Assembly (NCBI RefSeq): GCF_002113885.1
Contig: NW_018408507.1
Coordinates: forward strand, 1,261,140-1,325,139
From: Mizuhopecten yessoensis
Lineage: Eukaryota
Direction of reading: 5' to 3'
DNA length: 64,000 nucleotides
Shown: positions 63,745-64,000 of the stretch, in pieces
Layout of the letters: each line of letters begins with the position of its first letter
Numbering within the stretch: position 1 is the stretch's first letter
Position numbers and translations under genes: made by a program
Notes under the pieces: model-generated
Databases searched by the model: none
Told to the model about the DNA's origin: nothing
What the model saw: only the letters and a program-made list of their open reading frames with translations

Positions 63745-64000
63745 TGTAACCCATGCCAAAAATAGGACTTGTAACCCACTTTTCAAAATAGAACTTATAA
63801 CCCACTTCTCAAAATGGGACAGGTATTTCACTTCTCAAAATTGGTCTCGTAACTCACTTCTCAAAAAAGGACTGGTAACCCACTTCTCAAAATAGGACTT
63901 GAAACCCACTTCCCAAAATAGGACTGGTAACCCACTTCTCAAAATATGACTTGAAACCCACTTCCCAAAATAGGACAGGTAACCTACTTCCCAAAATAGG
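63745..64000. repeat. Minisatellite, 26-bp unit, runs off window end
   Basis: AACCCACTTCTCAAAATAGGACTGGT. Confidence 0.92.

Noticed and set aside
35662-64000. Tandem arrays as CRISPR-like loci
   Set aside because: Units are head-to-tail with no unique spacers, there are no cas genes, and the context is eukaryotic.

Overview
AT-rich animal genomic DNA, most consistent with a bivalve mollusc because it carries Helentron-associated HINE elements with ~160-bp core repeats. There are no prokaryotic operons, rRNA/tRNA genes or CRISPR arrays. (1) 1-9.6 kb: minisatellites and MITEs. (2) 9.9-30.3 kb: a nested cluster of decayed transposons. It holds a CR1/L2 LINE with a degenerate 2A motif and a Kolobok-type insertion, an I/Nimb LINE with 5'-inversion geometry, a SINE, a TcMar-like MITE interrupted by a CR1 RT fragment, a Polinton/Maverick-type protein-primed DNA polymerase pseudogene flanked by hairpins, a Gypsy gag-pol remnant and an RTE-X-like LINE. 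(3) 34.6-64 kb: the first coding exon of a secreted NIDO-domain (SNED1/nidogen/tectorin-like) gene, followed by at least 29 kb of apparent intron packed with more than 15 distinct tandem arrays and HINEs. The long ORFs at 41.7-48 kb are translations of tandem repeats. Two neighbouring arrays (30-bp and 48-bp units) share a 24-nt core that differs mostly at codon third positions, the most puzzling signal here. I could not demonstrate an intact novel multi-gene system. Element boundaries are approximate unless TIRs or TSDs are cited.
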